Below, piece after piece: positions 12,610 to 26,849 of a stretch of 64,000 nucleotides of DNA. Each line of letters opens with the position of its first letter. Position 1 is the stretch's first letter. A program made the position numbers and the translations under genes. The stretch is from Octopus sinensis (taxonomy: Eukaryota): NCBI RefSeq assembly GCF_006345805.1, contig NC_043001.1, forward strand, positions 4,278,001-4,342,000, written 5' to 3'. The notes under the pieces were generated by a model, which saw only the letters and a list, made by a program, of their open reading frames with translations, did no database searches and had not been told where the DNA came from.

Positions 12610-13240
12610 ATATCCAACTTCACCAATACAATTTCCAAATCCATTTTAGACCTGCACTTCAGGCTACAGGATAGGTACTTCAGACATTAATGTCGTTAAT
12701 ATCACCTCAGAAAGAAGGCTGTCACTTTTTTAAAGGTTAGAAAGCAGACTATTCACTGAATTCTAACGACTCTCTATACATTCTCGAACTCCTTTTAGCA
12801 CTAAATATGCATCTTTTGAAGTCTCGAGAAAATCTTATTTGACCTAAAATTTTGCGCAGGCATTGCTGGCGTTATGCATGACCATTGCTTCTTAACGATC
12901 AAATGTGATTACACCATGTATGTATATTTCTTCAGTTAGGCTTAAGTTCTTCACGAGAGATATCGAACCGGTCGCAAGCAAAGCAACACGAATTTTGAGT
13001 TGGAGTCCATTGGGCTTATAAAGATGCGTTGAGTTAAGGCGTTGCTTGAACTGCCGATGCAAGCTCCAAAGTCCATGCATCTGAAGCTCAGATGTAGAAT
13101 ATTTGTAATGTTTTATAATTCTCCACTTTGCCATTAATAGATTGAACTTGGAGATTAATTTGTTTCGACCCTTCTTCGAAAAAACTAATATTTCTAGATT
13201 TTTCTGCAAATTTGTAGGTATGTAGCCTCATGTAGTTACT
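12610..13240 (-). mobile_element. Possible highly decayed Ty3/gypsy pol remnant (RT and connection domain)
   Basis: NLEILVFS resembles YLDDILVFS; LMSEVPIL.PE resembles LxSxPVLxxPD; many stops. Confidence 0.3.
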
Positions 13241-14289
13241 AAGGTGAATCTATAACCAGAGCACAAGAGCTGTAAGTTCTGCATTATCTCTCCATAAATA
13301 TCTTCTTTCCCGTCCAGGTTTGATGGTAAATTTTCATACGCTCTCTGTATTTATGTATGTATTTGTGTATGTATTTATGTAACATTTCACTTTTGTATTC
13401 AGTATATAAAATCATGGACTTTCCTCTACTATTTCTCTAAGTGCTCTATATCAATACTACCTTTTATTACTGCATTAATTGTTAATTAATTCATTTACTA
13501 TAAACATATTCGTTGGTTGATATTTCAAAACCATTTCGAAATGTGACAGAAATTTATGATAATTCCTTCAGGAATTCCTTCTAATATACAAATCGTACAT
13601 TTATCTTTCTCTCAGTTCTGCTCGGAAAGAGAGTAAATCTTGTACAGAGTATATGTCACTGGCTACATTTAGAGAAACCCATTCGATACTACAAATCATA
13701 TTTATGACGCTTTTATGCATACATTAGGTTTTGGGCGTGTTTATTGCTGTGTTTCACATTAATTCCCTCCTCCGGGGAGTATAAACTTATCTGAAACGAG
13801 AGGAAACTTGAAACCTTAATTAAATACTTAACTACATTCAAATGATAGAGATACGTTGTCGTAAACTTCGAAATATCTACTAGTAACTGTTCAAACGACC
13901 ACAGGGAGAGGTAGAGCAGGTGACATTTCACTTGCAACGTATTTGTGCTTGAAATAATTATTCTTATTTCGTTAATAGAAATATACAAAGATTTATCAAA
14001 ATTCTAAATGGATAGTCACAGGAAACTATACGAGAACAATCGTTTGTTGAATTAAATGATACAGAAATAATGGAAAAATTACAGACGGATATGATTTTTT
14101 TTTTCTGTAAGAAATACTCTATATCTTTCTTCTTCCTCTCTCTATTTCTCTTTCTCTCTCTCTCTCCCTCTCTCGCTTTCTGTATATATATATAAACTTA
14201 CTTGGAGGATAAGAAACGACGCGAGGTGCTCAGTCATATAATAACAATATTTATATATACTCAGTCATACGCACAGAAGCGTACGTCTA

Positions 14290-15512
14290 CGTCTTTCACT
14301 ACAAACATTCCACTTACGTTCCTCATACTTATTTAAAACAGAAGCTTCATAGTCTCATACATTTCTTTCATGTTAGCTGCATGGGCCAACCGAACAGGAG
14401 TTAACTTATTTCCATTATAGAGTAAAATTGCTTTCAGGCTTACTTTTGAGGAGTCAGTAAAGAAAAGCCACTCATTCGTGTTATATTTGAGGCGAAGTTC
14501 GTCCATAACAGAATATAAATCATTAGAAAGCACCATACCATTCTCAAGTAAGAAAACATTTGAAAAATCTCAATGCCGAGTACAATACAAACTATCATTC
14601 TGGAATAGATTTCAGCCCTTTAACCTTGAACCAAGAAGTTCCGCTTGTATTTTCGACAAGTTTAAATTTCTCAGACTCAAAAAATGTGGTTCACTCAAAG
14701 AACAGTTTGGCTCAAAGTCCATGTCCTTTGTTTTTTTTTTCCACATCTTTATCACTTGAGAGTTAGGTACAAGTAAGTTGTTTCTGTGAAGTTCTGGTCT
14801 CATAGCAGATTGTAAATTAGTATATTCTACAGTATGCTTCGATGTTGATGTTGTACTTAATATATTCGTCATGCAGAAGTAGTAATCTTTGGGCTATCTC
14901 CAAGTAATAGGGATGGCAAAAATGCATATTGCTTGAATCTTTGGATCATTCAGTGAGAAGCCTGACACAGGTTACATAACACACATGGGGGCACAGCTTT
15001 TATCCTGGTCATTCACTTCGCAGTCAAAATAATTAATCAATGGCGTGAAACGCCGTCTTTGTGACGTGAATGTTAAGTCAGCGTAAATATAGTATAAGTT
15101 GCTTACGATGTTTATACAGTTTCCTGGCGTCATGAATTTGAATGGAATATGTGAACTTAGTATACGTCCGCACGCCTGCACGTCATGCACACGGCAGACA
15201 AACCATCGTTGACTCATCGACTCAGTGTTGCCAAGCTTCGGTGTCACGTTGACTTATTGGCTAAATTTATGATTTCAGTAAGTTAATTCTATTCATAAAA
15301 CTTTTAAATTAGGAGTATTTCTTAAAACGTTAGCTTCGCATTTCCACAGCTTAACTGAAATTTAACCCACGTAGCAGGAATTGAGAGTAATATCGTGGAA
15401 CAGAGAAACTGTAGATGATACAAAGTATTTGACATTATTGTTTAATTCTGCATACAGAAACATGTAATATACAGGTCTTCATTTTCTTGGAACAAATTCT
15501 TTCTTCACCAGT
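14290..15512 (-). mobile_element. Chapaev3-like (CMC) DNA transposon, decayed 5' half
   Basis: The minus strand carries, in order: CINIVSNLYYIY (~CxNxPDxFCYIC), YFDCEVNDQDKSCAP (~YFGxxxGDQDKxWAPH), FAIPITWR.PKDYYFC, YTNLQSAMRP, LNLSKIQAELLGSRLK, EWLFFTDSSKVSLKAILLYNGN, AHAANMKEMYE. Confidence 0.8.
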
Positions 15513-15667
15513 TTAATCAGACACGAAATATCAAACGTCAGACGTTTCTTCCTTTGGATATATAATTCAAAATATACACAGAGACAAACACACACTCGTA
15601 TATATACATATATATACACACAAGCATATACACATATTCACAAACAAGCGGACGCTACATCATTTAT

Positions 15668-15702
<35 letters not shown>

Positions 15703-16103
15703 CTCTCTTTACTCTTTTACTTGTTTCAGTTATTGAACTGTCGCCATGCTGGACCACCGCCTTTAGTCGAGAAAATCGATCCCTTGACTTATTCTTTGTA
15801 AGCCTACTACTTATTCTACCGGTCTCTTTTGCCGAACCACTAAATTACAGTGACGTAAACACACCAGCATCGGTTGTCAAGCGATGTTGGGGGGACAAAC
15901 ACAGACACAAAAACATACACACACACACACACATATACATACATATATACGACGGGCTTCTTTCAGTTTCCATCTACCAGATCCCCACACAAGGACTTAG
16001 TCGACCCGGGGCTATAGTAGAAAATACTTGCGCAAGGTGTCACGCAGTGGGACTGAACCCGGAAACATGTGATCGGTAAACAAATTACTTACCACACAGC
16101 CAC
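15703..16103 (-). mobile_element. SINE family A, near-full-length copy with internal (CA)/(TA) stretch
   Basis: The reverse complement runs from gtggctgtgtggtaag through gggttcagtcccactgcgtgacaccttg to ...gaaacaagtaaaagagtaaagag. It is collinear with 42677-43057. Confidence 0.9.
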
Positions 16104-16149
16104 AATATTTATATATATGTACATGTATTTATATTATATATGTATATAT

Positions 16150-16221
<72 letters not shown>

Positions 16222-16339
16222 ATGTATGTTGTATATATAACATAGTAATACTAATAATGCGTTCTGATTGACACAACAATGCACTTTAATACAAACAAAG
16301 GACTATAATATCTTAATATAATTTAATCATCCAAAGTCT

Positions 16340-16381
16340 GATATGATATTTCGGAATATAAACATTCCTTCTTCAGATATT
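16340..16381 (-). ncRNA. Minimal type I hammerhead ribozyme motif (CUGAAGA core)
   Basis: aatat-CTGAAGA-a-ggaat(gtttat)attcc-GAAA-t-ATC-atatc. Stem I is atat/atat, stem III is the palindrome ATAT, and the triplet is AUC. Confidence 0.7.
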
Positions 16382-16417
16382 CCTAGGAATCGATCGAGTT
16401 ACTGCTGCAATCCTTGG

Positions 16418-16459
16418 GACATCAGGAGAGGGAATTTTTATATTCCGAAATATCATATC
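16418..16459 (+). ncRNA. Mirror hammerhead copy with decayed core (CAGGAGA)
   Basis: gacat-CAGGAGA-g-ggaat(ttttat)attcc-GAAA-t-ATC-atatc. Confidence 0.5.
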
Positions 16460-16552
16460 AGACTATGGAGGATTAAATGGCATCAGTTATTATAGTCCAG
16501 TGTTTGTATTATAGAGCATTGCTGTGCCATTCACAACACATTAATATTATTA

Positions 16553-16641
<89 letters not shown>

Positions 16642-16691
16642 TATACATACGTATATACAACACACAATACATGCATATATACATACACACG

Positions 16692-16722
<31 letters not shown>

Positions 16723-16965
16723 GCACACACACACACACACATGTATATTCAGTCATTCGCTTGCATTCATAGAAGCATATCTCTTTATTTTCGATTTTAT
16801 TCATGTTAGGTAAAGACAATTTTACATCAAACTATAGAAATGCTCATTATCTTCACTGACTATGTTTGTTACACTTCGAAGTTCCAGTCGTCACTCTTCT
16901 TTGGAAACCCAAACAGCAGACATCTCTGTTTGTTCGCATTTGTATGCATGACCACATGTTTGTTA

Positions 16966-17030
<65 letters not shown>

Positions 17031-17688
17031 CACCTATTTGTTAATCAAACGCTCGGCCCCATTTAGAATTAAACATTTCCTGTGTCTCTATAAATAGAAA
17101 ACAATCAAGCAGCCAGCACCGATCACTGACTCCAATTTAAGCAGAAGAAGCATATAAACAGATATCACGACTAATTAAAGGCTAAATACTCCAATAGGTG
17201 GCAGTACAAAGGTAGAATCAATATTCAGCTGTCTGAATACGAGCAGTTATATTCCAAGCGTTTCTTATGACCAATGAAAATGTCTTCTTCACTGCTGTTA
17301 CAGTGGAGCAAACTGCTATTCATAGCAGGATATATAACTTATCTTAATTAGATCGAATCGTTTAGCATCGACTCAAGCCACAATGTGTACGAGTTTACGC
17401 CATGCAATTATTCTTGATATCGTTTCACATATAATAGTGATTGTGTGTCGTTAAGAGATACGCGGACGTCAGCAATTGTCAGTGGCTATCGTTTCATCTC
17501 CTCCGAACATAAGACTTTACATACATACACGTGGCACGCACATATATACATGTATACACACACACCACACACCTATATGTGTGGATATGGAAGTGGTTAT
17601 ATGTATGAATATTCATGTGTGTGCATGTGTTTACACACACATATATATATATAAATATACATATATACATATGTATTTATACACACAC

Positions 17689-17729
<41 letters not shown>

Positions 17730-18075
17730 CTCCACACACACACATGCATATACATAGGTGTGTGTTTAAGTATACGTAATATAACTTTCGCTGTGTGTAC
17801 TTGAATCAAATTTAAATTGGATGTGTAAATCATGCTTATACATTCTGATGTGAAACGCTGACGCGTACAGAAAAGTACATCATCACAACACACGGAGAAA
17901 CACACACACATGGATGCACATACGCACATACATACAAATAAACACCGCCCCACCGACCAAACATTTGTAGTGCACATCTTATCTAAATCTTTCCGGTTTT
18001 ATGTTTTTTCCTCCTTTTCTCCCTTTGAATGCTTTTCATAATATTTCTTACGTGAAGTTGTATCGATATTTAGAA

Positions 18076-18115
<40 letters not shown>

Positions 18116-18292
18116 AAACACACACACACACATACACACATACATACAATGAATATATACCAAAATTTACACGTATACATACACAAAACATATATATTTA
18201 TGGACTCATGTATTTGCAGTCACAAACATCTACATAGACAGATATATACAAGCACATATACGGACACCCCGTGTTTGTGTGTATACACACAG

Positions 18293-18366
<74 letters not shown>

Positions 18367-18422
18367 GGTGTGTGTCTATATATAATATCCAAAATCATAT
18401 ATGTATATATATATACATGTAT

Positions 18423-18457
<35 letters not shown>

Positions 18458-18998
18458 ACGTGTGCATGTGTGAGTGTGTTTCAATATGTGTCTTTATATA
18501 CCGATATGCACAGCAGTTTGAAATATATCGACATGTATTTCCCAAAATGCAATGTATATAGGGATGCGAGAGTTTTATGAGTGTGTGTGCGATTGTGATT
18601 GTGGGTCCGTGTAATATACACATAGATATACACACACATATGTTTGTAAAGGGAGAGAGTGAGAGAGACGATTATATATATAATTGTATATATATATATG
18701 TGAGTGTATATATATATATATATATAATATATATATATATATGCATATATAATTATGCATATACTTATATGATATATAAATGTATATACATATACATACA
18801 TACATATATACGTATATATACGTAAGAGAAAACTACATACACACACATTTATATATATGTATATAGATATAGATATAGTTATGTATATTCATATATGCAT
18901 ATATTGACATGCACGTGATGTTGAAAATAGTGACATAGACATGTATCTCGGAATATACAAACTACTTAGAAAAGTTTGTGCGAGTGCGTATATGCATG

Positions 18999-19030
<32 letters not shown>

Positions 19031-19079
19031 GTGTGTGTGTGTGTGTGTGTGTGAGTATGCGCTTTGCTGCTGGGAATGT

Positions 19080-19270
19080 GTCCTCGTTCCCTGCTTTAAG
19101 AGACGTACAATGTTAAAGTATAATTTCGTTGTGTGAAATCTAATAGACATGGCAGAACAAACAGAGGTGTCATTACTCAATGCATCGAGATATCTTCTCT
19201 ACTATCTCATTAGTGAAGACTTATTCCTGAAACGAGCTGCATCAAGTGGATAGCAGTCTATAATCATGAA
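19080..19270 (-). mobile_element. Short decayed RTE-like RT fragment
   Basis: SIRFHTTKLYFNIVRLLKQG resembles SIRFHTESKSVNIERGVR at ~33.2 kb and the RT motif F.I.RGVRQG. Confidence 0.35.
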
Positions 19271-19642
19271 ATTTCGAAAAGCAATTATAGCAGAAAATTT
19301 CTTCGTTTTTGGTTATATAGGAAATATTTTGAAATTGCTCGACAGCAAACTTAAAAATAATTACGGGATTTATTTGGTGTATCAAGAATTTCGCATCTCA
19401 TTCACGTGATTCTTGGTGTGAACCCTGTACGTGGCAAATTTCTTAATAGTTTTCTAGCAAAGCATCACGCGTAAAATATTTCTTTCAGCACGAGGCAATA
19501 TTTCTCTCTCTCACTCTTTCTTTCTTTCTGCCTTTCTTTCTTTCTCTCTCTTTCTTTGTTTCTTCCTTCCTTTTTCTGAGTGTTTTTGCGTTAATGTGTT
19601 TAGGTCATTACATGTATTACACAGATACACACACAGACACGG

Positions 19643-19728
<86 letters not shown>

Positions 19729-21663
19729 TATTTCGTAGAATACATGTTTATAAAACTTTTACAGGGAAAATTTTGACAGTGACATCGAAGTCAATCCTAA
19801 AATTACTTGTCAGCAACTAATACATGTACAAACATTCTCTTGGCAACATTATAAAAAACAAAAACAACTCTATGAAACAATGTTGTGATCTGAATTTGTC
19901 ACCCCTTTTTACATATTTTCACACTTGACAATAACAAAATGCCAAATAAAATTAAAGTCTCACCGGAACATTCTATTGACCCACACCCTGAACACGCCTA
20001 ATTTCTTCCAGTCGCCCACTATTCAACTTTGCTGCACATCTTCCTCGATCACATCACCTGATCACAACAGAGAGGTGTTGCTCAATTAGTCGTTAAACTT
20101 ATCCATTTAAACAAATTACCAATGTTTTTACAAAGACAACAATAAAGAAAACGGAAGTAAAGAAAACCATAATTCAATGTCTAATTGGTTTGAAATTATT
20201 CTAAGCAATTCTGCCAAAAAATTCGGGTTTATTTATAACTTATCAGCGAATCTCGTGCATCAGCCGATCTTTCGCAATTCCGTTAACAGAATCATTTGTA
20301 TATGTTTTTGACGGAACTGAAGCTGACGCAAAAAAAAGTTCTGTAATTTCGAATATTAATTACATAACGCAAACACAAAAATATAATAGAGAACAACATA
20401 TGTTGCGAATCCGACGCAAGTAAGACACACCAAAGAGTCTAATATTGGCAAGGTTTCACATAGTCTGTAACACGGCACTTGCAATTACAGTGGTCTGGTA
20501 TTTGACCCTACGTGTTTTCAGACAAGCATAATAAATAGGTATACTTTGAGAGGTTTAGAGTGTGGAGGTTCAGTGCATGTTCAAAGGAGCTACTCATTAT
20601 TGATAGAATGCGTAATTAGTCAAACATTCCGCAGACATATGCTCTTAACGAGTCTCCAAGTTCTGATAATCAGCCATTCTGTTTAACATTTATTCTCACT
20701 CAAATGGCTTTTACAAATCTCACTTTATTTTAAAATACATTTGGCGTAAAGGTAACGATGTTAAATCGAACCTAGAATCTCGTGAGTGTACAATATTATG
20801 AACCATTCAAACAAAATGTGATCATAAAATGCCGGAAGAAATTAAATTTAATCACGTGAATATTTCACTGCATGCCTTCTTAAACGCTGCCAACTCTAGC
20901 GAGGTGAGTTCAAATACTCCGTGAAAGAGATAGTGAATGTGTTATGATCTAGGAATATAAATACTTCCTATCTTTCTCCTTATTTGTAGTCCTACATTAA
21001 CATATTATGGCACCTGTTTCTATTCAGTCGAATACTACCGACTACTGAATATCATTAGACGCCATATTACTTCAAATTGTAAATTTAAATGTAAACGCTG
21101 CAAAACTGCAGTTTAGGTGGAAGTTTGACGATCGCTGGTTAGTCTTCTGGTCAGATAAACATCGTGATGATAAAAATAAATTCACCAGGAAAAATCTAAA
21201 TTAAATCATGATTTGAATCAGTAAAGCCGTGTGACCATCATATATATGTGTTTTCGTATTTGCTTCTGGTCTTTGCTCGCAGTGTTCCAACCTGCCGAAG
21301 TCGAATTTGATGTTTTCCCTCCAAGGACTGATAAATGAATTAACAAACTTAGGCGGAAAGTTGACAGAATCTTTACAGCTCAAAGCATCTCGTTCAGCTT
21401 TTGATGTTTGAACATCTTTGATCACTGAACTAAGATCAAAGATGTTGCAGGCACGACAATTCGGTTGTTTTCTTAGGCAATCTAACAATATCTTAAATAT
21501 TGTGTTCTTTCCTCTTCAAAGCTTAATTTGTCGTTTGCGGGAACGTTGGATGCTCTTTCTACCTAGTAGGTTAAGTGACCATAGAATCAGCCTCACTCCG
21601 CTTCGTTTAAGTCAAAATCAAATCAATTTCATGTTCACAATAATCTATGTCAAATTAAGACGA

Positions 21664-21830
21664 TGAGCTGGCAGAATCGTTACCACGCTGGACATAATGC
21701 TTAGTCGCCGATCGTCCGTCTTTACGTTCCCACCTCAAAGCCTGCCGATGTGAGCTTTGTCTTTCGTCTTTTAGGGGTCGATAAAATAAGTACTAGTTGA
21801 ACACTGGGGTCGATGTAATCGACGTAATCC
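21664..21830 (+). mobile_element. SINE family B (Meta-domain-like), decayed
   Basis: tgagctggcagaatcgtta...ctttcgtcttttaggggtcgataaaataagtac...ctggggtcgatgtaatcgac. Confidence 0.8.
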
Positions 21831-22241
21831 TCTTCCGATAATCACACTTACATTTTTACTATATCCGGCATTGGATCAACCAGAACATGAAATATTATGA
21901 ACCATTAAATCCGGAATATAACATGACCTAAATACATGTTTGAGCAACTCGTTTGCCCGTCCATCTTTTACAATCCATATGCAAGAATCATCGAATCCAT
22001 TCGTAATCAAGATTTCATTTGTTTAAAGTAATGTATTGATATTTTTCTCAGCTATTATAAAGATGACATGATAAGATTTGAACCCAGAAGCTGGTTGGAT
22101 GCAGTTAAACAACCAGACTGGCATTGCATCAAATCGGTAACTGTGCGGAATCTTTCTGTCGTTGATAACGAAGGCGATGGTAATGATGTTGTATTTTGAC
22201 AAACCCGGTGGGGGTTAGGGGAGTAATATTACGCCACTTAT

Positions 22242-22470
22242 GGCGGCAAGCTGGCAGAATGGTTAGCACGCCAGGCAAAATGCATAGCCGTACTTGATCC
22301 GTCCGGAGGTTCTGAGTTGAAATTCTACTGTGGTTGTCATTGATTTTTAGACTTTCGAGATCTATATATAATATATCTATATATAATAAGTGGGCATTGG
22401 GTCTATGAAATCGATTCACGCCAGCCACAAAATTGCAGGCCTTGAGCCGAAATTTGAAACCAATATTAGT
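22242..22470 (+). mobile_element. SINE family B, decayed
   Basis: ggcggcaagctggcagaatggttagcacgccaggcaaaatgc...ttctgagttgaaattc. Confidence 0.7.
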
Positions 22471-22534
22471 ATGGCAATTATAATTAGCAATATATATTAA
22501 CGGCAATGTACGAAGATACAAATGCACATACATA

Positions 22535-23165
22535 TAACTGCTTCGAAACCCCAGCTTCTGCATCCAGACTATGGGCTCATATTCAAACCAATAATAATTG
22601 GAGCACTAGGTTTTGATAGTAAATGCTTAAATGAGAATCTGGATAAATAGGGATTTTCAGAAAGAGAAATTGACTGGCGGATTCGTACATTACGAGTACA
22701 ATCTCTGAACGGATCAGTAAAAATATGCAAGTCTTCTCTCAAGTTCCAGATGTGAAATTGTCTGTATTAACTACATCACAAAGATGGAGCCTTTGTTGGA
22801 AACGGGCTCCCTCCTCAGTGGAAGATTTATAATAACGAGAAAAATAGTAGAGACATACACACTCACACACACACACTCACACACATACATACATACTTAC
22901 ATAACTACTACTCTTTTTTAGTAAATGCTTAATGGTGAAACTGGATGAGATGGGATATTCAGAAAGAGAAACTGACTGGCTGATTCGTACTTGGAAAATC
23001 AATCTGTGAGTGGAACAGCAGAAATACGCAAGACGTTTCTCAAGTTACAAATGTGAATTTTTCTATGTTAACTACATCCAAAAGATGGAGCCTCGCATCA
23101 TTGTTTGAAAGCGGCTTCCTGGTCAGTGGAAGATCTATAATATTTAAAACATAGAACAGAAATAC
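22535..23165 (+). mobile_element. 3' end of an RLE non-LTR retrotransposon with a tandem partial duplicate (22619-22860 / 22921-23165)
   Basis: HPDYGLIFKPIIIGALGF..CLNENLDK*GFSEREI..RIRTLRVQSLNGSVKICKSSLKFQM*. The P++IGALG motif marks the RLE C-terminus. The second copy repeats from gtaaatgcttaa through the 3' UTR. Confidence 0.75.
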
Positions 23166-23303
23166 ATATGCATATTTACACACGTATGGACCCAACATTA
23201 AGACGAGACATGTATGAAATTAGCATAATTGATCTCTCTATTTATTTCTCTGTATATTTCTATTTATTTATCGATTCACCTATTTTTGTATGTATGTATG
23301 TAT

Positions 23304-23361
<58 letters not shown>

Positions 23362-23383
23362 CATATATATATATATACATTAT

Positions 23384-23438
<55 letters not shown>

Positions 23439-24300
23439 CATATGTATATATATATATATATTATATTATATAATATATATATATATATATGTGCTCATAT
23501 CCCAAATAGGCTTTAATATGTCCATGCGAGAATATTTATTGTTTCTGTGTGTGCATGTGTATGTGTGTGTGTGTGAGTGAGTGTGTGTGTGTTGGGTGTC
23601 GATGGTCGTGTATGTATGCGAGAATTATTTAGTTGCAGAATCTCACACGCATTCTGTAAAAACAAAACTTATTGCTTCAGCAAACTGAACAGATTAATTA
23701 ATTTGAAATTCTTTTGTGTGTTCTGATGTGAATGTCAATTAAAACTTACACCTATTTACTTGACACATCTTAGAAATGTGAAAGCGAAATACAGAAGCCA
23801 GAGTATTTTCATGAGCCAAACCACAACACACGCTGTTAGCAATAAAACAACAATACGTATCGCCTATCAAATGTCTTTGTTTAACTAATTCAATGGAAAG
23901 GAATCCTCGATGTAAGAGTTTTAGATTTCTCCGTGGTTTTATTGTGAATCCATTCTATGTGTACACAAACAATCACAGAAATGAACGCACCAGCAAGTAA
24001 ACATCTAAATAAATGTAAGTGCATTAAGGCATCCTCATAGACAGATACAAATATTCATGCGAAATCGAAGACAGACTTTTGCTAACTGTACATATTTTGT
24101 TAGAGCAACGAAACCCATATTCACATTGCCTGGCATTCACATGTATACACAAACACACACACATATACACACATACACATTTGCATACGCATGAGTGAGG
24201 GAACTAATGAAAGTAGAGTCTGTGTTTGTTTATATAGGTGCACGACTCTGTGTGTTTGATACGTTTCTAAACATTATACATAATATACACATAAACATGG

Positions 24301-24359
<59 letters not shown>

Positions 24360-24363
24360 ATAT

Positions 24364-24437
<74 letters not shown>

Positions 24438-24556
24438 AGGATATGTTGTTTGTATGGCTGTACATATTTATTTGTCTATATATACATTTTCTTCCATTCA
24501 TGGAAGCAAATATTTAGTCACATACAGACACCGAGGCACACACACATACACACACA

Positions 24557-24602
<46 letters not shown>

Positions 24603-25303
24603 ACATATATATATATTTATTTATATTTATATATTATTACATGCAGAAACATTCCAGTTGAACATATATAAAATGAATTACTCACAAACACTGGGATATA
24701 CAGGTATAAACACACCTGCAATATTATTGTCCTTGGAGAATACGTCAGGTATTAAGGCAATATATTATCACACACTCCCACACATTTCTATCGGAATATA
24801 GATACGTATGTGTGTATATGTGAACACTCATAAAATGCTTCGTATTTCCATTGAAAGTTATACAAATGCGTAGATATTTGCATTCGCTATTTTAAATACA
24901 CTTTTGAATGTTCACATACGAAGATTGACGCCTCCACATAAATAAGCAACGTGTTTTGACATTTAGAATAGCAGTACATGTATGAATAAACATAAAAAAT
25001 TCTGAATGTGTTGGTGTGTAGATGTGTCTGAAGGACCAGAGAAATACATATATAGACACAAAAAACACTCAGATTTGTATACACGTGTACACGCAGATAC
25101 ACATATATAAAAAACATATGCGCCTATACCTCAATTAACTGTATGTTTAACGGCGGAAGAAATAGACATCATTCTTTTTTTAACAGGAATTTAATTAAAT
25201 TATCATAGAATCATGAAATAATGGACAGGTGGGCATTATATGCCTATGTCCATATGTTTCTTGGTAATCATATCAATCTGTATACGCATTTTGCTCTGTT
25301 ATG

Positions 25304-25383
<80 letters not shown>

Positions 25384-25509
25384 GAAGTATGGGTTTAATT
25401 CACTGGTGACCTAAACGATTATATATATTTACATATATATATGTATATATACAGATGTATATATATATAATATATATATATGCATATATACATACATATA
25501 TATATATAC

Positions 25510-25559
<50 letters not shown>

Positions 25560-25652
25560 CACATGCATTACATACATACATACATGCATATATATATAAT
25601 ATTATATTATATGTATATATATGTATGTATAGATATATATACATATATATAC

Positions 25653-25710
<58 letters not shown>

Positions 25711-26849
25711 AAGTGCATAATAATGTAGTAAATTCCTTGGGTGAATAGGTAAGCATACACTATATAGCAATAGGCAAGAGAATGTTTTTATCAGCCTTCA
25801 CTGGTCGACACTTCTAACTCAAAGCACAACATAAAATACTTACTCTGTAACTGTAGAGAAGCAGATATCTGCCACCTCGACCCAGAATGTATTGATAGGT
25901 TTGTGGTTTAAGATGTTCGTATTATAACAACCCAACAAAATAAAGAAATTCAAATGAATATGTAAATTCGAATGTTATTGTATAAGTCAAAGGAGCCAAG
26001 CAACTGTCTTCTTACTGATACGTAAACAAGAAGAAATCCACTAATTAACTAGCCATATGTCGTACTTCTCAGTCAACAACACCCTCAAAATCCACCAAGG
26101 GAATCATCTTACGAAGCTTCACTTTACACATGAATGGGTCAAGAATGCGTCGGAAGTGTATGGACGAAAGGTCGCACGTCTCTTTTAAATCTAAGAATTC
26201 ACCCGACTCAATTATAGATCTTAAACTTTCGCAAGTTGTAAGCATCTGGAGAAATTAATGTTTTCATCTCCGCATTATACATGGGGCCTCACAAATTTTA
26301 GCCCTTCTGTGTTGAATTACATAAACCAACCATTGTTAATTCGCATGCAAATGGACCAACCGACGCTGCTCATATCTCTCTTTCTTCCATGCACTTTTGA
26401 GCTAAGAAGCTTGCTTCCCAACTACACGGTTCCGGTTTCAGTCCCACGCGCCCAGCACCCACTGCAAATATTCTGGCCAACAACAACAATCGGTTCCAAA
26501 CATATCAGAAAACGCACAACGTTACAAACGTACAGGAATATAAGCACACGTCAGCGTCTATGTTTGTGTGTGTGATAATGTTTGTGTGTTTGTGTGTGTA
26601 TGCGTGTGTTAACTGACCTTCCGATAACTCACTTTGTTATCTGTTCTCCAATAAACACTAAACCTTCACTGGTCAGCAATAGGATCAACCACACGACTAG
26701 ACTCCAGTGCATGACATTGAGGAACCAAAATATTTAAAATCATAACCGGTTAAAAAAAAGCGATTGAAGGGATTGAAACAGAAATCGGAATCACCTGTCC
26801 TCATACGACTTATAAAACTTGTGCTACGTGATATTTTTGTGCAATAATA

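Larger units (their letters stand above)
16300..16498. repeat. ~90 bp imperfect inverted repeat carrying two divergent hammerhead motifs
   Basis: ggactataata...agtctgatatgatatttcggaatataaa mirrors tttatattccgaaatatcatatcagact...tattatagtcc. Confidence 0.9.

Noticed and set aside
21201-21515. 95 aa non-repetitive minus-strand ORF
   Set aside because: TTG start, a stop nine codons upstream, no recognisable domain and no convincing splice sites.
22785-22826. Minus-strand CTGAGGA followed by a ggagcc/ggctcc hairpin
   Set aside because: No GAAA after the hairpin; it is a retrotransposon 3' UTR stem.
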